From Pyrodictium abyssi (GTDB taxonomy: Archaea; Thermoproteota; Thermoprotei_A; Sulfolobales; Pyrodictiaceae), in assembly GCF_036323395.1 (NCBI RefSeq), contig NZ_AP028907.1, forward strand, positions 720,001 through 752,000: 32,000 nt of DNA, written 5' to 3'. A program made the position numbers and the translations under genes. The notes under the pieces are model-generated. The model did no database searches. It saw only the letters and a list, made by a program, of their open reading frames with translations, and was not told the DNA's origin. Numbering within the stretch: position 1 is the first letter of the stretch; each line of letters starts with the position of its first letter. Shown piece by piece: positions 1 to 9,467 of this stretch.

Positions 1-463
1 CTAGGTAGGTGGCGCCCCATATGCCGTATACTATCGTGGGCGTAGCCGCCATCAAGTCTACGAGTACGGCTACTGCGCCCCGTAAACGCCTCGGGGTAAG
101 CTCCTCTATCGCGACCGCTAGGCCCACGGCTAGGGGCGCTGCTATGAGGATGGCTATTACGCTTGTGTAGAGTGTGCCGTAGATCGCGGCTAGCAGCCCG
201 TACTCCTCCTTCTCAGGGTTGTCCTCTACAGCCCTCCACGCGTTCTTGGTGAATATCGATAGCCCCTCATGCTCCAGCACGGGCAGTGACTTGATGAGTA
301 TGACTGCGAGCATGGAGGTGAGTATGAGGAAGACTAGGAGTGGTATAGGCAGGTGTAGTAGGAAGAAGCGTTTGTCGTCCCGGCTACGGAGCCGGGGCAG
401 GAAGCCCTCTAGGCTTAGCCTAAAAACCCTAGATCTGCCCCTGGAGGCCGGCTTCCTCTCCAA
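1..463 (-). CDS. pstC: Phosphate ABC transporter permease PstC, N-terminal part; runs off the left edge
   Basis: Hand translation of the reverse strand gives ...RFFLLHLPIPLLVFLILTSMLAVILIKSLPVLEHEGLSIFTKNAW...NPEKEEYGLLAAIYGTLYTSVIAILIAAPLAVGLAVAIEELTPRRLRGAVAVLVDLMAATPTIVYGIWGATYL, typical of PstC. Directly downstream of pstS. TTG start near 463 is a guess. The track omits it, presumably because it is truncated. Confidence 0.87.
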   Translation of the reverse strand, partial: MERKPASRGRSRVFRLSLEGFLPRLRSRDDKRFFLLHLPIPLLVFLILTSMLAVILIKSLPVLEHEGLSIFTKNAWRAVEDNPEKEEYGLLAAIYGTLYTSVIAILIAAPLAVGLAVAIEELTPRRLRGAVAVLVDLMAATPTIVYGIWGATYL

Positions 464-508
464 TTCCGGCGATACCCCGCCTCTAGTGCCAGGTGTTGCT
501 CGCCCAGT

Positions 509-1663
509 TCAGCCGCCGCACTCCAGGAGCTGAGCTGCCTGGGATACTACCTTCTTTAGTTGCTCGGGTAGCGGCGCATAGCCCTCGGGTAGGTTCTCTT
601 GGCCCTGTGATCCTATATACTCTATGAATGCCTTCATCGCATTGCACTTGGCTGGGTCATCCCACTTCTTCCATACTATGAGGAATGTCTGGCCTGCTAG
701 CGGATAGGCGTCTGGGCTCGCCGACGAATAGACGAACTCCCTGGCTACGCTGCTCCAGTCGTCGAGAGGGCTCGGCGGGTTGTTTATAGCGAATGCTGCG
801 GACACTGTTTCGGGGCTTGGCGCCACGAACTTACCTGCTGGGTTCTGTAGCCTGGCGTAGGGCAGCCCATACCTTAGCGCGTAGGCGAGCTCGACATAGC
901 CTATTGAGTAGGGTGTCGTCTTTACTGCTTGCGTCACGCCCTGGTTGCCCTCCTGGCCTATGCCGCGGCCCGTCTTGTCCACCGGCCACCGGACGGTCTT
1001 ACCTATGCCCACTTTATCTTCCCATTCCTTGCAGGTCTTAGCCAGGAATGTTGTGAATATCTGCGTGGTGCCGCTCGAGTCGCTACGGTGTACTGCTATT
1101 ATCTCCTTGTGTGGCAGCTTGTCAGCGACACCGGGGTTTAGCTCCTTTATGGCTGGATCGTCCCAGTAGACTATCTCGCCAAGGTATATCTTCGCTATTA
1201 CTTCGCCGGTTAGGTTTAGCTGGGTGTTGCCTATCTCTGGTATGTTGTATACTATCGCGACCGCGCCTAGTACTACGGGGAACTGTAGTATCTGGCCCTT
1301 GTACTTCTCCCACTTGTTGCGCGGTAGCGGCGGGTCGCTACCAGCAAAGTCTACGAGGTGGTTAAGGATGTCCTTGACTCCCTTCCCGCTGCCGCCGCCA
1401 GTGTACTCTATAGCTATACCCGGGTTCTTTGCCGTGAAGTCACTTATCCACATATCCATAGCTGGCTTCACGAACGTGGAGCCGCTGCCTAGCAGGCTTA
1501 CCTCTTTACCGGCTCCTCCGCCCGGAGCGGTCGATGTAGCCGTCGGCACAGCTGTAGATGTTGGCGCGGCCTTCTCCCCACTCTTACCCATTAGGGTTAG
1601 ACCGACTACAGCGGCTACTACGAATATGCCTACCAGTACCAGTATCGTCTTGTTGTTCAACAC
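509..1663 (-). CDS. pstS: Phosphate-binding protein PstS (ABC transporter substrate-binding)
   Basis: Track ORF 509..1687. Contains LLGSGSTFVKPAMDMWISDF, EYTGGGSGKG, FAGSDPPL, HRSDSSGTTQIFTTFL and N-terminal signal/TM segment. Start revised to GTG at 1663 because GGAGGTG lies just upstream. Confidence 0.93.
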   Translation of the reverse strand: MLNNKTILVLVGIFVVAAVVGLTLMGKSGEKAAPTSTAVPTATSTAPGGGAGKEVSLLGSGSTFVKPAMDMWISDFTAKNPGIAIEYTGGGSGKGVKDILNHLVDFAGSDPPLPRNKWEKYKGQILQFPVVLGAVAIVYNIPEIGNTQLNLTGEVIAKIYLGEIVYWDDPAIKELNPGVADKLPHKEIIAVHRSDSSGTTQIFTTFLAKTCKEWEDKVGIGKTVRWPVDKTGRGIGQEGNQGVTQAVKTTPYSIGYVELAYALRYGLPYARLQNPAGKFVAPSPETVSAAFAINNPPSPLDDWSSVAREFVYSSASPDAYPLAGQTFLIVWKKWDDPAKCNAMKAFIEYIGSQGQENLPEGYAPLPEQLKKVVSQAAQLLECGG

Positions 1664-2111
1664 ATACCCACCTCCTATACTAGGCACGTGTTCTCCGGGA
1701 CCCCATGTTGCTGTCTCGGGTACCCGGTAGCCGGGCTAGGGTCTATAGAGTTCTACTTATAGCGCCTATAGACTGTCTAGAGGCTATGTAGAATAGTCTA
1801 GTATCTCTAGAGGACACTAGAGAATGCCAAGGAGCGCCCTGCGGGCAGAGCATAGGGGATGAGGAGTAAGTTGAGGGGACGGCTCCGGAGCTCAGCCTAG
1901 GTGTTGTACCGCACTGCCCCAGGGCCGGGGGCTGTCCTGGGGCTCGGCCTCGGCTGTAGTCAGCACAAGCCCATGCTACTCTACCCGGGGCTACACAGGT
2001 ATAAGTCTCGGCTTGTGTCTTAACTACCTGTGGAGCTTCCTAGGCTCCACACCCGCTAGATACATACCTAGGTATTAGGTACATAGTATACCCCGCTGGA
2101 GGGAGTCCTTC

Positions 2112-2456
2112 ATGCCCATAGTCTCGCTCAAGGTTCTACCTGTGGGTGTCGGTACCAGTCTATCCCGCTACATTGCGAGGATTGTCGCCCTGCTGGAGGC
2201 CCACGGGTACAAGCCCATAGTTACCCCGGATACTACTGTCATCCAGGTCCGGGACCTGAGCGAGGTCGGCGCTATAGTCAGGATGGTTCACGACGAGCTC
2301 TATAGCATGGGTGTTCCACGCATGGTGACGATAGTCATGGTTGATGATAGGAGGGATGCGGAGGAGTCTAGCCCAGAGGAGCTTGTCCAGCGTGTGGCGC
2401 GGCGCGTGGAGGAAGAGCGTAGAAACGTCCGCGGAGACGTGCACGGCGTGATGTAG
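2112..2456 (+). CDS. MTH1187/DUF77 family thiamine-binding-like protein
   Basis: 114 aa, MPIVSLKVLPVGVGTSLSRYIARIVALLEAHGYKPIVTPDTTVIQV..., size and pattern of the family. Confidence 0.82.
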   Translation: MPIVSLKVLPVGVGTSLSRYIARIVALLEAHGYKPIVTPDTTVIQVRDLSEVGAIVRMVHDELYSMGVPRMVTIVMVDDRRDAEESSPEELVQRVARRVEEERRNVRGDVHGVM

Positions 2457-2462
2457 TAGGGG

Positions 2463-3533
2463 CTAGCTGCGGGGTAGTAGGTAGTAATGGTTGTTGTGGA
2501 CTAGCAGCTCCGCCTCTATGCCCTCGCTTAGCTCGCCCTCGACGCTGGTATCGCGGCGGGGGATCTCCAGGTACTCGTAGCTGCCGTCGAGGTACTGTAG
2601 GTGTATCCAGCCAGGCTCCAGGGCTACTACTAGGACGCGGCGGTGGTCGTCGAGCCGGGGCTCGCGTAGTAGGCGCCATGCCTCCTCTACTGTTAGCCGA
2701 TGCAGCTTGCTGCTGCCGAGCCGACGTACCAGGACGTAGCCGCGGTCTATCTCCTCTACCCGGGCTAGCACGCCCTGGTACTCCACCAGCGTGCCTGGCT
2801 TGAAGAAGGGCAGCCGGACGGAGAGCGTCAGCCTTGATACGCGGCGGCCATCGTTCCTTCGGCCCACGACCTTGTGGCTCTCTTTCACCTTGGCTGCTAG
2901 CCGGCTACGTAGCTTGGCTGCGAGGCTCCTGGCCGCGTTCTGGTCGAGCATCTTAAGGTCAATGCCTTCGCGTAGCTCGTCCACTGATAGTATTGCCTCC
3001 TCTATCGAGTCTCCTAGCTCGTCTATGACCTCCTCTACTGCCAGTCTGTCCTCTTCGCTCAGCCTGCCGTTGTATCCCCTAACCTGCACTATGGCTGTTG
3101 GTACCCCTGCTGCCCTCTGGAAGCATACTGGGCATATCTGCTTCTGCATCACAACCGGCACTGTGTATACCATGCTCTTCTCATCATTCATCCCGTGTAG
3201 GCGTCCTGCCACCTGCACTAGGGCGTTTCCAGCGTCGTAGTCTATGTCGATGTTCTCGACTCTGTAGTACTCTGTGTGTTCGGCTGGCTTGAAGCTAGCC
3301 TGGAATACTAGCGCGGCCACGTCTTCTAGCCCGCCGTCGCCCGGGGGAGGAAACCAGCGGCCCTGGTAGCGATAGCTCCCACATCTTGTACAGACTACTA
3401 GCTGTAGCTTTGCTGGCGGCCGGCCGAACCCGTACAGCTCTAGGTAGCAGCTGGGGCATAGCCGGCCATCTACTAGCCGGTCGACCTCGCGTCCACAGCG
3501 TATACATATAGGCATTCCGTGTACCACCCTCAC
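2463..3533 (-). CDS. nmd3: NMD3 family protein (60S/50S export/assembly adapter homolog)
   Basis: CIRCGREVDRLVDGRLCPSCYLELYG, VVCTRCGSYRYQGRW and QKQICPVCFQRAAG zinc-binding motifs in archaeal NMD3 arrangement. Confidence 0.88.
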   Translation of the reverse strand: MRVVHGMPICIRCGREVDRLVDGRLCPSCYLELYGFGRPPAKLQLVVCTRCGSYRYQGRWFPPPGDGGLEDVAALVFQASFKPAEHTEYYRVENIDIDYDAGNALVQVAGRLHGMNDEKSMVYTVPVVMQKQICPVCFQRAAGVPTAIVQVRGYNGRLSEEDRLAVEEVIDELGDSIEEAILSVDELREGIDLKMLDQNAARSLAAKLRSRLAAKVKESHKVVGRRNDGRRVSRLTLSVRLPFFKPGTLVEYQGVLARVEEIDRGYVLVRRLGSSKLHRLTVEEAWRLLREPRLDDHRRVLVVALEPGWIHLQYLDGSYEYLEIPRRDTSVEGELSEGIEAELLVHNNHYYLLPRS

Positions 3534-3749
3534 CGCTCCAAGCCACCGTCTCGGCCGCCGAGAGCCCGGGTGCCCTGTTAGCTTGAAGGGGCCCGACAGC
3601 CGCTCATGGAACTCCTGGCCCTGCTAGGGGTGTATCTAGTCTACGGTCTGGGGTAGCACAGCGCCACATTATAGTGGGCTGGCGCTGGACTATAGCGGGG
3701 CCGCGCTCTCGCAGGGAGGGGCTGTAGAGCTGCTCTAGGGTCATGGGCC

Positions 3750-5300
3750 TTGGCGCATGCCTGCCCGGTCGTGTTTACGGCGGAGCGCATCTATACGGGA
3801 TTCCGGCCTACAAGGTATGTGGAGGCTATCACAGTCTATAACGGGCATGTCGTCTACTCTGGGTTCCTCGCAGAGGCCGTGAGGATCGCTAGGAGTATAG
3901 CCGAGGCTGTGGGCTGTGGGAGGCCAAGGATAGTAGAGCTCGACGGGGTTGCAGTACCCGGCTTCGTGGATGCTCATCTCCACGTGCGCGGAGTAGGTGC
4001 AATGAAACACTCTATAGACCTCTCTGGAGCAGAGTCGATGGAGGAGCTGCTCGACGCTGTGAGGCGCGGGGCTAGCCGGTTCAGCGGATGGGTTATCGGC
4101 AGGGGCTGGGACCAGGAGCGTATTGGCGGCTGGCCTACACGCTACGAGCTCGATGAGGCTGTACCGGATAAGCCTGTCGTGCTGCTCCGTGTCTGCGGCC
4201 ACGCGGCCGCGCTAAACACGCGGGCAATGGAGGCGCTCGGGCTGCTCGACTCGGACAGCCCGCTCGTGGATAGGGGCTGCGACGGGAGCCCCACCGGGAT
4301 AGTCTTCGAGGAGCTGGCTGCGGAGGCCTACCGCGAGGCTGTTAGGAGCCTCGACCCGGTACGACTGGCTGTGGAGGGGGCCCAAGAGGTACTGCGCTAC
4401 GGGATAACACTGGCCGGCGCCATGGATGTAGACGATCACGCTTTCCGGGGCCTCGTAGCTGCTAGGCGGCTTGGCCTGCTCCGCATGAGGCTGCGGCTCT
4501 ACCTGTCCCGGGAGCTCTTCACGGCGCTCGACCGGCTAGGAGCCGTCCCGGTGCTCGGAGACGACGTGCTCCGCGTCACCGGCGTAAAGCTCTACATGGA
4601 TGGGAGCCTAGGAGCCCGGACCGCCTGGCTCCGGGAGCCGTATAGCGACGAGCCTGGTACGCGGGGCCGGAGGCTCCTCACCGCTCGGGAGCTCGCCGAG
4701 CTGGCCAAGAGGGCTGCGGACTGGGGCCTGGACGTGGCTGTGCACGCCATAGGGGACGCTGCGGTCGAGGAGGCGCTCCGAGGGGTAGCTGCTGCAGGCT
4801 GCCGGTGTAGGATAGAGCACGCGAGCCTCGCGCCCCCGGACCTCATACGCTCTATGGCCTCGCTCGGTGTAAGGGTGGCTGTCCAGCCTAGGTTTGTTGT
4901 CAGCGACTCCTGGGCTGTGGACCGGGTTGGCCCAGAGAGGGCCCGCTGGCTCTACCCGTTCCGTAGCATGCTCTCGGCTGGGCTCCTACTGGGGTTCTCT
5001 AGCGACGCCCCGGTGGAGCCGCTGAACCCGCTAGAGGGCGTACACGCTGCCGTGACCCGCGGCGCTCTAGCGGAGTATACGAGGAGCGAGGCCGTCGACG
5101 TGGAGACCGCGCTGCACCTCTACACTGCTGGCTCCGCGATGGTGCTGGGAGAGACGCGGGCCGGCTGCCTCGAGCCGGGCTGCTTCGCCGACATCGCTGT
5201 GCTTGACAGGGACCCCCTGGAGGTCGACGTGGAGGAGCTTCCTAGCGTGGGCTTCAACGCCACGATAGTGGCGGGAGACATGGTATGGTCGAGGAGGTAG
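3750..5300 (+). CDS. Amidohydrolase family protein, YtcJ-like
   Basis: VPGFVDAHLHVRGVG, SGWVIGRGWDQERIG, VTGVKLYMDGSLGARTAWL, DVAVHAIGDAAVE, GFSSDAPVEPLNPL: full catalytic motif set. Confidence 0.88.
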   Translation: MAHACPVVFTAERIYTGFRPTRYVEAITVYNGHVVYSGFLAEAVRIARSIAEAVGCGRPRIVELDGVAVPGFVDAHLHVRGVGAMKHSIDLSGAESMEELLDAVRRGASRFSGWVIGRGWDQERIGGWPTRYELDEAVPDKPVVLLRVCGHAAALNTRAMEALGLLDSDSPLVDRGCDGSPTGIVFEELAAEAYREAVRSLDPVRLAVEGAQEVLRYGITLAGAMDVDDHAFRGLVAARRLGLLRMRLRLYLSRELFTALDRLGAVPVLGDDVLRVTGVKLYMDGSLGARTAWLREPYSDEPGTRGRRLLTARELAELAKRAADWGLDVAVHAIGDAAVEEALRGVAAAGCRCRIEHASLAPPDLIRSMASLGVRVAVQPRFVVSDSWAVDRVGPERARWLYPFRSMLSAGLLLGFSSDAPVEPLNPLEGVHAAVTRGALAEYTRSEAVDVETALHLYTAGSAMVLGETRAGCLEPGCFADIAVLDRDPLEVDVEELPSVGFNATIVAGDMVWSRR

Positions 5301-6193
5301 TGTGTCAGCGTTTCGCCCGCGCATGCGCAGCCTCCGTGGTGGTTGATGCCGCTGTCCCCCGGCCCGGGCTCTCTAGCTTCCAGAGGCCGCGGGGAGACCT
5401 CGACCCCGTCGGCTTCGCCGGGCTAGCAGGCCTCGCCTACGAGGCATGCATGTGTAGCTGCATGAGGGGGTTGCTGGGCGACACCGGGGGCTGGGCCGGC
5501 TGCTGGCTATCCTCTGTGGAGGAGATGGCTAGAAGCTGGGGGAACCCTGGGCTGGGGAGCCTCTTCCTCCTATCGCTGCAGGCTGCTGCCCTCGGGTACT
5601 CAGTCCACCGGGGGAGAGGGGACAGCCTAGAGGCTGTTATGGCGTCTACGAGCCGCGCTGTGGACTCTGGGGGCGTCGAGGCGGCCGTGGCGTTCTACCG
5701 CGGGCTTCAGCTGGTCTATCCCAGTTATCTCGCCCGTATATCGTGGAGCGGCCTGCCAGAGGTCGACGGGAGGCTCTCGCTAGAGGCTATCCGCGAGACT
5801 GGCGTTACCCTCCGGGCTCTGCTAGAGCAGGCAGCGCTCTACGACCCCGTGTCACGCGATGCTGCATCGTTCATGTCGCTTAGCCTGGGCATGGCTCTGC
5901 CGATTCTCCGCGAGGAACCCTGCCTGGAGAAGGGGGTCCGTAGAGCCACCTATACGCTGGCCGGCCTCGAGGGGGACCTGCTCGTAGCTAGAAAGGCTGG
6001 CAGGGTAGCCCCCGGGATGTGGCTACGAGCCGCCGAGGGGGACCGGGATGCCGAGAGAGCGCTCTGGGAGCTACTGGCCAGCGGAGGGCCGGGCTCTGTA
6101 GCCGATATAGTGGTGAACGCTGTTGCTAGGCTCGTCTACGAGTACCTCCGCGACGGCTATCCCCCTCTGAGGCTCCACTGCTACTCTTCCTGA
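5285..6193 (+). CDS. CitG/MdcB-like triphosphoribosyl-dephospho-CoA synthase family protein
   Basis: VVVDAAVPRPGLSSFQRPRGDLDPVGFAG matches the family's N-terminal 'PKPGLV...D' pattern, followed by GNPGLGSLFLLSLQAAALG. Function in an organism with no visible citrate lyase genes is open. Confidence 0.65.
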   Translation: MVEEVVCQRFARACAASVVVDAAVPRPGLSSFQRPRGDLDPVGFAGLAGLAYEACMCSCMRGLLGDTGGWAGCWLSSVEEMARSWGNPGLGSLFLLSLQAAALGYSVHRGRGDSLEAVMASTSRAVDSGGVEAAVAFYRGLQLVYPSYLARISWSGLPEVDGRLSLEAIRETGVTLRALLEQAALYDPVSRDAASFMSLSLGMALPILREEPCLEKGVRRATYTLAGLEGDLLVARKAGRVAPGMWLRAAEGDRDAERALWELLASGGPGSVADIVVNAVARLVYEYLRDGYPPLRLHCYSS

Positions 6194-9100
6194 CTATTAT
6201 CCTGCCCTTTTCGGCCGCCAGCAGTATACGGTAGGCGGCCATGGCCATTGCGGAGGCTAGGCTCCGGAGCGCTGTCTCGAGCTCCTCGGAGTCGTGGCGC
6301 GCCTTAGCCCGGTTAGCCCACTCTAGGTAGCTCCTCACCCTAGGCTCGACAAGCATGAGGAGCGGCGTGTCGCCAGCTAGCTGGCTAGCCCGCTCCGCTG
6401 CGTCCACGAGGCGGCCCTCGTGCTCAGCGCCGCGGAGCGCTAGTACACCCGTGTAGCTCCCTGCCAGCATGCGGAGAAGCATGTTGCGCTGGTCCTGGCC
6501 GTAGTAGGCTACGCGTAGGCCCTGGCTCAGAAGCCTGTCGAGGTGGCGTAGAGCCATCCTAGCCATCTGTGATGCCGAGTCGATGCCCGCCCTGCCCCGG
6601 TAGCTGTCCACTTCGACCCGTTCTCCGTCGTAGCTCGCTACAGCCGCTACCGCCACCGTCTGGCCGCTGTCCTCGATGGTCTCGTGGACTACTGCTATGG
6701 CTCCTAGCCCGTGGCTCCGCGACGGCCTAGGATGCTCCACCACTACCCCGCCAGCCTGTATCGTCCTGGAGCCAGCTATCACGCGGGCTGCCTGGGCAGC
6801 TAGCTCCCTTAGCCGCTCCATGGAGACCTCTCCGCGCATGACACGTATCGCGGAGACGGGGTCTACTGCTGCTATGAGTGGCACCGTTATGCCCGGGTAC
6901 TCGTACCGGAGAGCCCTCTCGGAGACGTCTAGCCAGTCGAGCGCTTCCAGTAGGCCTGCTGACTCGCGCTCCCATAGGTGTATCAGCTTGACGGGCCCTG
7001 CAGAGACCACCCTGTACCTTATCAGCCCTAGGGGTATGGCGTAGCGGGGGTCCAGGCGCAGGTATACTATCAGTGTTGCTAGGCCAAGGCGCAGGTCCTC
7101 AGCCGAGACCGTGCCAGGGGCCTCGAAGACGTAGCCGTAGGTGTAGTCGCGGTACCGCCCAGCCACCGGCGCATTAAGCTCTATCGTGGCCACTTCGTGG
7201 TAGACCCTCACCATCCCCGTCGGCCTGCTGGCTAGGCGTGGACGGCGGCTCTCGACCATCCACTCGACCTCTATGGGCTCCTCTACTAGCTCGCCGAAGC
7301 CGCCTGTCGGCGCGGACACGTTGAGCACTGTCGCGGTGAATATTCTGCCGTAGCGTAGGTCGTTCTCGAAGCTCGGCTTCTCGCCCCACGCCCGCTTGAG
7401 GTCCTCGTACCTGGCTACAGCGCGCGCTATCCAGTCGTGGTGGGCCACCGCCTCCTCGGGCGGCTGCTCGTAGACCCGCAGCTCCTTGGGGTCTATGCGC
7501 ACCACTAGGGACTCGTTCATGGGGTCGTAAGTTCCGGGCTGGTACTTCTCCACCGCGTCCCTGTGCGAGACCTCCTCGCTGCGTATCAGCGTCTCCCTGC
7601 CACCGCGTATGATCACCTTACGGTAGCCGTAGGGTGGGCCATGCTCGTAGAAGCCTATGTCGTTCCAGAATGCTTTGCCGCGCCTGCTGAGCGTTAGCCT
7701 GCCACCGCTGAGTGATGCATACTCTTCTACGAGGCCTAGCTGTCTAAGGAGCTTCTCCTCCTCTGGCTCGATACCCACGCCGCGTAGGAGCTTCCACATA
7801 GCCTTGAAGACTGCAGCGTAGGCGTTAGACGGGTTTATGTATAGCTTCTCCAGGGGTAAGCTTAGCCACTGCTTTAGAGCCGAGCTGCCAGCCTCCAGCA
7901 GTTTACGGTCCCAGAGCCCCGAAGGCACGACTATAGTCTCTGTTACCCCTAGCTCGCGGCGCCGCCCCTTCCTACCCTCCCGCTGCATAAACTCGCGAAG
8001 ATCCACCGGGAGCCCTATGTGGACGACACGGTTAACGCTCCCTATGTCGATGCCCTGTGCTAGCGTTCGAACGGTTATTATCATCGATATCCGGCCTCTA
8101 CGCGCTGCCTCCTCTATCATCTCACGCTTACTCTTTGAGACGAGGTGGTGATGCACCCCGACTAGCTTCTGCTTCTCGGCCGGAAGCTTCTCGATGAGGC
8201 TACGGTACAGCCTCTCAGCCATGCGGATACTACGCGTGAAAACCAGGGCTACGCTCCCAGGCTCTGAGGCCTCGAGTATAGCCTGGAGAATCTCCACGGG
8301 GTCTAGGCCTGGCCGTGGTGGCCTAAGCCCGATCGCCTCGAGCGCCTCGTATATCTCGTAGAGGTGCTCGCGGAACTCGTCCTCGTTATACACCATGTCC
8401 ATTATCCACGGCGCACGGGAGGCTATGACGCTGGCGTAGGCCCTTATGTAGTCTCGTAGCGCCTCCACACCCTTACCAATGACTATTATTGTCCTATTCG
8501 GGGTCTTGAAGGGCCGCCCCTCGATTATCCTTGTCTCCCGCCCGGTGAGCCGTGTGAGCAGAGATGCGAGCTCGTCGGGGTTACCGAGCGTCGCGGAGAG
8601 TATTACGACGCGCGGCGGCTTGGAGGCCAAGTGCTTGGATATCAGCTCGACTATAGCTAGTAGGAGGTGTGCGCCTCTCGGCCCGTAGAAGTCCAGCTCA
8701 TCGAACACTATCATGTCTAGCGATGATATGAAGTCCTCGAGTATCGCGCGGTGGGGGTAGAGGGCTAGTCTCTTCATCTCTGCGAGGAGGAAAGCCGGGT
8801 TAGTGACCACCACGCGCGCCGAGGAGACTAGTTTGAGTAATTCTTCGCCACGGCGGCCCTTCTTCTCTATACTCGGCCTGTCTATGCGCACAACCGCTTC
8901 AGGGTAGCCGGCTGCACTGTAGTACTCTTCGAGCCTCCTTATCTGGTCGGCTGCGAGCGCTAGGGTAGGGTAGACTGCTAGGACGCGCCAGCCCTCGCGG
9001 AGAGCTGCTAGTGCCCAAGCCTCGGTCTTGCCGGAGCCTGTGCGGGCTGTGAGTACGACGTTCATCCCAGCTACTAGCGCTTCTACCGAGTCTAGCTGGT

Positions 9101-9263
9101 GGCGGTAGAGCCGCAGTCTCCCCTTCTCGTGGCGTGCGAGCGCCGGCACGACGTCCATGAATCGTTTCTCTGCCTGCTCGGGCTCTTCTCCGGGCTCCTC
9201 CCAGAGGAGGACCTCATAGCCCAGGCTCCTTAGCGACGCCGCTACCCTACTAGACCCGCCCAT
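6126..9263 (-). CDS. SF2 DEAD/DEAH-box helicase, Hrq1/YprA-like organisation, with long C-terminal region
   Basis: Walker A ARTGSGKTEA, motif II FDELD, motif III SATLGNP, motif VI-like REFMQREGRKGRRRE; 1045 aa. Confidence 0.88.
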   Translation of the reverse strand: MGGSSRVAASLRSLGYEVLLWEEPGEEPEQAEKRFMDVVPALARHEKGRLRLYRHQLDSVEALVAGMNVVLTARTGSGKTEAWALAALREGWRVLAVYPTLALAADQIRRLEEYYSAAGYPEAVVRIDRPSIEKKGRRGEELLKLVSSARVVVTNPAFLLAEMKRLALYPHRAILEDFISSLDMIVFDELDFYGPRGAHLLLAIVELISKHLASKPPRVVILSATLGNPDELASLLTRLTGRETRIIEGRPFKTPNRTIIVIGKGVEALRDYIRAYASVIASRAPWIMDMVYNEDEFREHLYEIYEALEAIGLRPPRPGLDPVEILQAILEASEPGSVALVFTRSIRMAERLYRSLIEKLPAEKQKLVGVHHHLVSKSKREMIEEAARRGRISMIITVRTLAQGIDIGSVNRVVHIGLPVDLREFMQREGRKGRRRELGVTETIVVPSGLWDRKLLEAGSSALKQWLSLPLEKLYINPSNAYAAVFKAMWKLLRGVGIEPEEEKLLRQLGLVEEYASLSGGRLTLSRRGKAFWNDIGFYEHGPPYGYRKVIIRGGRETLIRSEEVSHRDAVEKYQPGTYDPMNESLVVRIDPKELRVYEQPPEEAVAHHDWIARAVARYEDLKRAWGEKPSFENDLRYGRIFTATVLNVSAPTGGFGELVEEPIEVEWMVESRRPRLASRPTGMVRVYHEVATIELNAPVAGRYRDYTYGYVFEAPGTVSAEDLRLGLATLIVYLRLDPRYAIPLGLIRYRVVSAGPVKLIHLWERESAGLLEALDWLDVSERALRYEYPGITVPLIAAVDPVSAIRVMRGEVSMERLRELAAQAARVIAGSRTIQAGGVVVEHPRPSRSHGLGAIAVVHETIEDSGQTVAVAAVASYDGERVEVDSYRGRAGIDSASQMARMALRHLDRLLSQGLRVAYYGQDQRNMLLRMLAGSYTGVLALRGAEHEGRLVDAAERASQLAGDTPLLMLVEPRVRSYLEWANRAKARHDSEELETALRSLASAMAMAAYRILLAAEKGRIIVRKSSSGASEGDSRRGGTRRRA

Positions 9264-9467
9264 TTCCTACCGCCTACCCCTCCTCCTACAGAGGCCCCCT
9301 AGGGGCAAAGACCCCCATTAAAGCCGCGGATAGGCGTGCAGCCCTCCAGAGCCGCCACGGTGAGCGCCACAACCGGGCCCCGGGGCGTAGCACTAGAGGC
9401 TCGTGCACAACCCTATCAGCCGTGAAGCGGTCCGCGTAGACCCGGAGCGGCTGACCGGTGGCAGGCC

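Noticed and set aside
3741-4202. 153-aa minus-strand ORF over the amidohydrolase gene
   Set aside because: Fully antisense to the well-supported amidohydrolase and without recognisable motifs.
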